Positions 61,317 through 64,000 of a stretch of 64,000 nucleotides of DNA are shown piece by piece. The notes under the pieces are model-generated. The model was not told where the DNA came from, made no database searches, and worked only from the letters and a program-made list of their open reading frames with translations. Numbering within the stretch: the stretch's first letter is position 1; the number at the start of each line of letters is the position of its first letter. Position numbers and translations under genes: made by a program. Source of the DNA: a plasmid; the sequence record NZ_CP070571.1. The stretch is one strand, 5' to 3'.

Positions 61317-64000
61317 CAACGTTTTCTGCCTCTGACGCCTCTTTTAATGGTCTCAGATGACCTTTGGTCACCAGTTCTGCCAGCGTGAAGGAATAATGGC
61401 CGAGCATATTGATATGTCCGTGGCAAAGCGGGGAGAGGCGTGCGATATCTTCATCATTCAGTGTTTCACCCTGCGCCCGGAGATGATCCAGAGCTGCCTG
61501 CATATAAATAGTGTTCCATAACACGACGGCGTTAGTGACCAGCCCCAGAGCTCCCAACTGATCTTCCTGACCGTCGGTATATCGTTTTCTTATCTCACCT
61601 TTTTGACCGTGACAGATGGCTCTGGCAACTGCATGACGGCTTTCTCCCCGATTAAGCTGGGTCAGAATGCGCCGGCGGTAATCTTCATCATCAATATAAT
61701 TAAGCAGATACAGCGTTTTGTTGATGCGCCCCACTTCAATGATTGCCTGAGTCAGTCCGGAGGGACGTTCACTTTTCAGCAATGAACGGACCAGCACTGA
61801 GGCCTGTACTTTGCCCAGCTTCAGGGAGCCTGCGGTCCGGATCATTTCGTCCCACTGAAGGACTATTTTTCGGGGATCTGATTGCCCTCTGGCAATATCA
61901 TTCAGCACGCCATAGTCGGCATCATGGTCCATTCGCCAGAAAACCGAAGCACCGGCATCAGCCAGGCGTGGAGAAAACTGGTATCCCAGCAGCCAGAAAA
62001 GGCCAAAGACAAGATCGCTGGCACCTGCCGTATCGGTCATAATTTCGGTTGGATTCAGCCCGGTCTCCTGTTCCAGAAGGCCTTCCAGCACAAAGATAGA
62101 GTCCCTCAGCGTCCCCGGTATAACGATGCCATGAAAGCCGGAATACTGATCGGACACAAAGTTGTACCAGGTGATCCCTCTGTTATTACCAAAGTATTTG
62201 CGGTTCGGTCCGGCATTGATTGTTCTGACTGGCGTAACAAAGCGCATTCCATCTGCAGATGCCACTTCTCCTCCACCCCATATCTGTGCCAGTGGCAGCG
62301 TTGCCTGAAAATCAACCAGTCTGGCATTAGCGCTGGTGATAGTTTCAGCCCGCAGATAGTTCGCTTTTGTCCAGTTCAGCCGGTGTCGGGTCAGTGCAGG
62401 AACATTTGATCTGATCAGTGGTTCCAGACCGATATTGCAGGCTTCAGCCATCAGCACGGCGCTGATGCTGACGGGCAGATCATCAACTCTGGCACTGGCT
62501 TCACTGGCATGGAAAAACTCATCAGCAAATCCGGTATGGGCGTTAATTTCGAGCAGCAACTCCGTTAAATCCACCGGAGGGAGCAGATCACTGATCATTT
62601 TGCTCAGTCGTTTCAGACTGTCCGGCTCATCAAGACTGGCGAGGGGAGAAATTGTCAACCGGGGCTTCGGGCCAGAAACATCGAGTTCGACAGCCTCATT
62701 TTCGCCAAGACGTGCAGCAACCTGTCTGTAACGACTATCAAGCTGATGGCCCAGAGATTTTATTGCTTCCTGCGGGTCTGTCGGGTGCCCCAAAGAACGA
62801 TAAACCTTAATCCGATTTGCCTGCCAGTCAGCACCCTGTAGTAATCTTGCACGAGGATCTCCCCACCGGTTACTGCCGGTAACGTAGACATCCCTCCGTC
62901 TCAGACTATCCTGCAGTTTACTGAGAAAGCAGAGCGTGTATCCCCTTCGGGTGATATGTTTTTCCTTGTTAATCACCAGCCGTTTCCATGACTGACTGAT
63001 GATTTCCGTTGGTGCGTCGTCAAAAAACTGCCGCCGTGAGCTGAACTCCCGGCTGAGGTAGTCACAGGCATTCAGAGTGGTAACCCCGGCAGGTGCGGAT
63101 GAAAATTTAACGGTATTCAGCAGATGGGGCAGGAAACGACGAACGCGCCCGTACTGCTCCACCATTTCGTCATGAAAATTATCGTCTGAGGGCCGGGCAA
63201 TTTCACGGACAAGCGTGATGATTTCAGCCAGCTTTTGCCTAGGGATGTAGCTGAACACCTCAGCACGAATCGATTCGTCCGGTGTTTCTTCTTTCAGCAA
63301 GTACGAACATGCGCTGGCGAGCGCCAATGCAGATTTATCCAGATCCTTCAGCGAGCGGAGCCGTTTTTTCTGCCCAATCTTTCTGGCGTCACGGATGATA
63401 ACGGCCAGCATGGCGTCCAGAACGTCCAGTGCATCATCCAGCGCCAGCGTTTCCCATGCAAGGACAAAGGCAACCAGAACCGCCATCCTTTTCTGCGGTG
63501 ACATCCTGGCAATATTGAACACCGAAGTCATACCAGCATAACGTGCGAGATTTTTCAGGCGCACAGCCGGGAGTGTACTCAGGTTTTCAGCATGCAGGCC
63601 AAAATCGTTCAGAGTTTTCCAGCGTTCAATTGCTTCATTAAACGCCGGACCACTGATGGTCACAGGGCCTTTTTTCAGTGATTCCAGTAAAGACAGGCGG
63701 CTGCAATCAGTTGGCCCCAGCAGCATCTCCAGCTGTGAACGCTGTTCGGCTGACGGTATCAGTGCCAGTTTGTTCCACAGGCGCAACGTCGCCTTTTCCC
63801 TTACCTCTGAAATCAACCGGGTCAGCGTGGTGGCTCCGGGGAGAATAATACGATGTTGCATAAGCCACCCTGTCGCCAGGTCGAAAAGCAGGCCAGGACG
63901 TTCGTTGCTTATCCAGCTCCGGGTATATAAAAGACGGGTAAGGCGAAATGTCCAGGGCCAGGCAAATTCACGATACTGATAGTGCTGACGTATCAGCGCT
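61312..64000 (-). CDS. tnpA: Tn3-family transposase TnpA of the TEM transposon (Tn1/Tn2/Tn3 type), N-terminus beyond window end
   Basis: The frame is open from the window end. ...PGLLFDLATGWLMQHRIILPGATTL... matches Tn3 TnpA by recall. Stop lies at the IRL. Confidence 0.9.
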   Translation of the reverse strand, partial: ALIRQHYQYREFAWPWTFRLTRLLYTRSWISNERPGLLFDLATGWLMQHRIILPGATTLTRLISEVREKATLRLWNKLALIPSAEQRSQLEMLLGPTDCSRLSLLESLKKGPVTISGPAFNEAIERWKTLNDFGLHAENLSTLPAVRLKNLARYAGMTSVFNIARMSPQKRMAVLVAFVLAWETLALDDALDVLDAMLAVIIRDARKIGQKKRLRSLKDLDKSALALASACSYLLKEETPDESIRAEVFSYIPRQKLAEIITLVREIARPSDDNFHDEMVEQYGRVRRFLPHLLNTVKFSSAPAGVTTLNACDYLSREFSSRRQFFDDAPTEIISQSWKRLVINKEKHITRRGYTLCFLSKLQDSLRRRDVYVTGSNRWGDPRARLLQGADWQANRIKVYRSLGHPTDPQEAIKSLGHQLDSRYRQVAARLGENEAVELDVSGPKPRLTISPLASLDEPDSLKRLSKMISDLLPPVDLTELLLEINAHTGFADEFFHASEASARVDDLPVSISAVLMAEACNIGLEPLIRSNVPALTRHRLNWTKANYLRAETITSANARLVDFQATLPLAQIWGGGEVASADGMRFVTPVRTINAGPNRKYFGNNRGITWYNFVSDQYSGFHGIVIPGTLRDSIFVLEGLLEQETGLNPTEIMTDTAGASDLVFGLFWLLGYQFSPRLADAGASVFWRMDHDADYGVLNDIARGQSDPRKIVLQWDEMIRTAGSLKLGKVQASVLVRSLLKSERPSGLTQAIIEVGRINKTLYLLNYIDDEDYRRRILTQLNRGESRHAVARAICHGQKGEIRKRYTDGQEDQLGALGLVTNAVVLWNTIYMQAALDHLRAQGETLNDEDIARLSPLCHGHINMLGHYSFTLAELVTKGHLRPLKEASEAENVA

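Overview
The window is a plasmid mosaic in two parts. All protein-family calls come from reading the supplied translations and from motif recall; no database search was run.

Part A, 26978-61278, is one contiguous IncN-family-like broad-host-range conjugative backbone of about 34.3 kb. It carries a SprT-like gene, stbCBA, an oriT with ACTACA-type repeats, a TrwA-like accessory gene, a VirD4 coupling protein and a MOBF relaxase. It also carries a small hypothetical gene, a GNAT acetyltransferase, nuc, and a complete VirB1-VirB11 type IV secretion operon with an eex lipoprotein gene. Next come an H-NS-C-terminal-like gene, a kikA-like trio of membrane/exported/lipoprotein genes, and a membrane-anchored Mrr-type nuclease with a helix-turn-helix partner. 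An AT-richer island holds mazE and mazF split and flanked by three small membrane-protein genes. A resolvase gene, repA and an iteron oriV with a DnaA-box-like site follow. A leading region then has three full and four partial copies of a roughly 480-bp conserved-upstream promoter/leader element driving ssb, ardB/klcA-like, KorA/ArdK-like, DUF932-like and small genes.

This backbone is bracketed by the two ends of a TEM-type Tn1/2/3 transposon: IRR at 26940-26977 and IRL plus partial tnpA at 61279-64000. Both ends carry the identical outward 5-bp flank CTTAC. The whole resistance/mosaic region therefore lies inside one Tn2-like insertion that split a 51-codon leading-region gene.

Part B, 1-26977, is that mosaic region. 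It begins with the class 1 integron 5-prime conserved segment (intI1, Pc, IRi) in a Tn21-subfamily transposon (tnpM, res, tnpR, tnpA, 38-bp IR). An IS903 fragment follows, then an orphan oriT-like/stbA/stbB-truncated module, a complete IS903B and an expanded 22-copy 37-bp iteron array. A truncated Rep_3 repA fragment abuts IS1. Next is a group II intron remnant whose reverse transcriptase carries an in-frame amber stop. An IncR-like block follows (SOS-boxed umuDC-like, parB/parA, 37-bp iterons, Rep_3 repA, resD plus two unknown genes, vagCD). The region ends with IS903, IS3-family, IS110-family, yedK and Tn5393 fragments, IS26 and a truncated blaTEM. No rRNA, tRNA or CRISPR array was seen.
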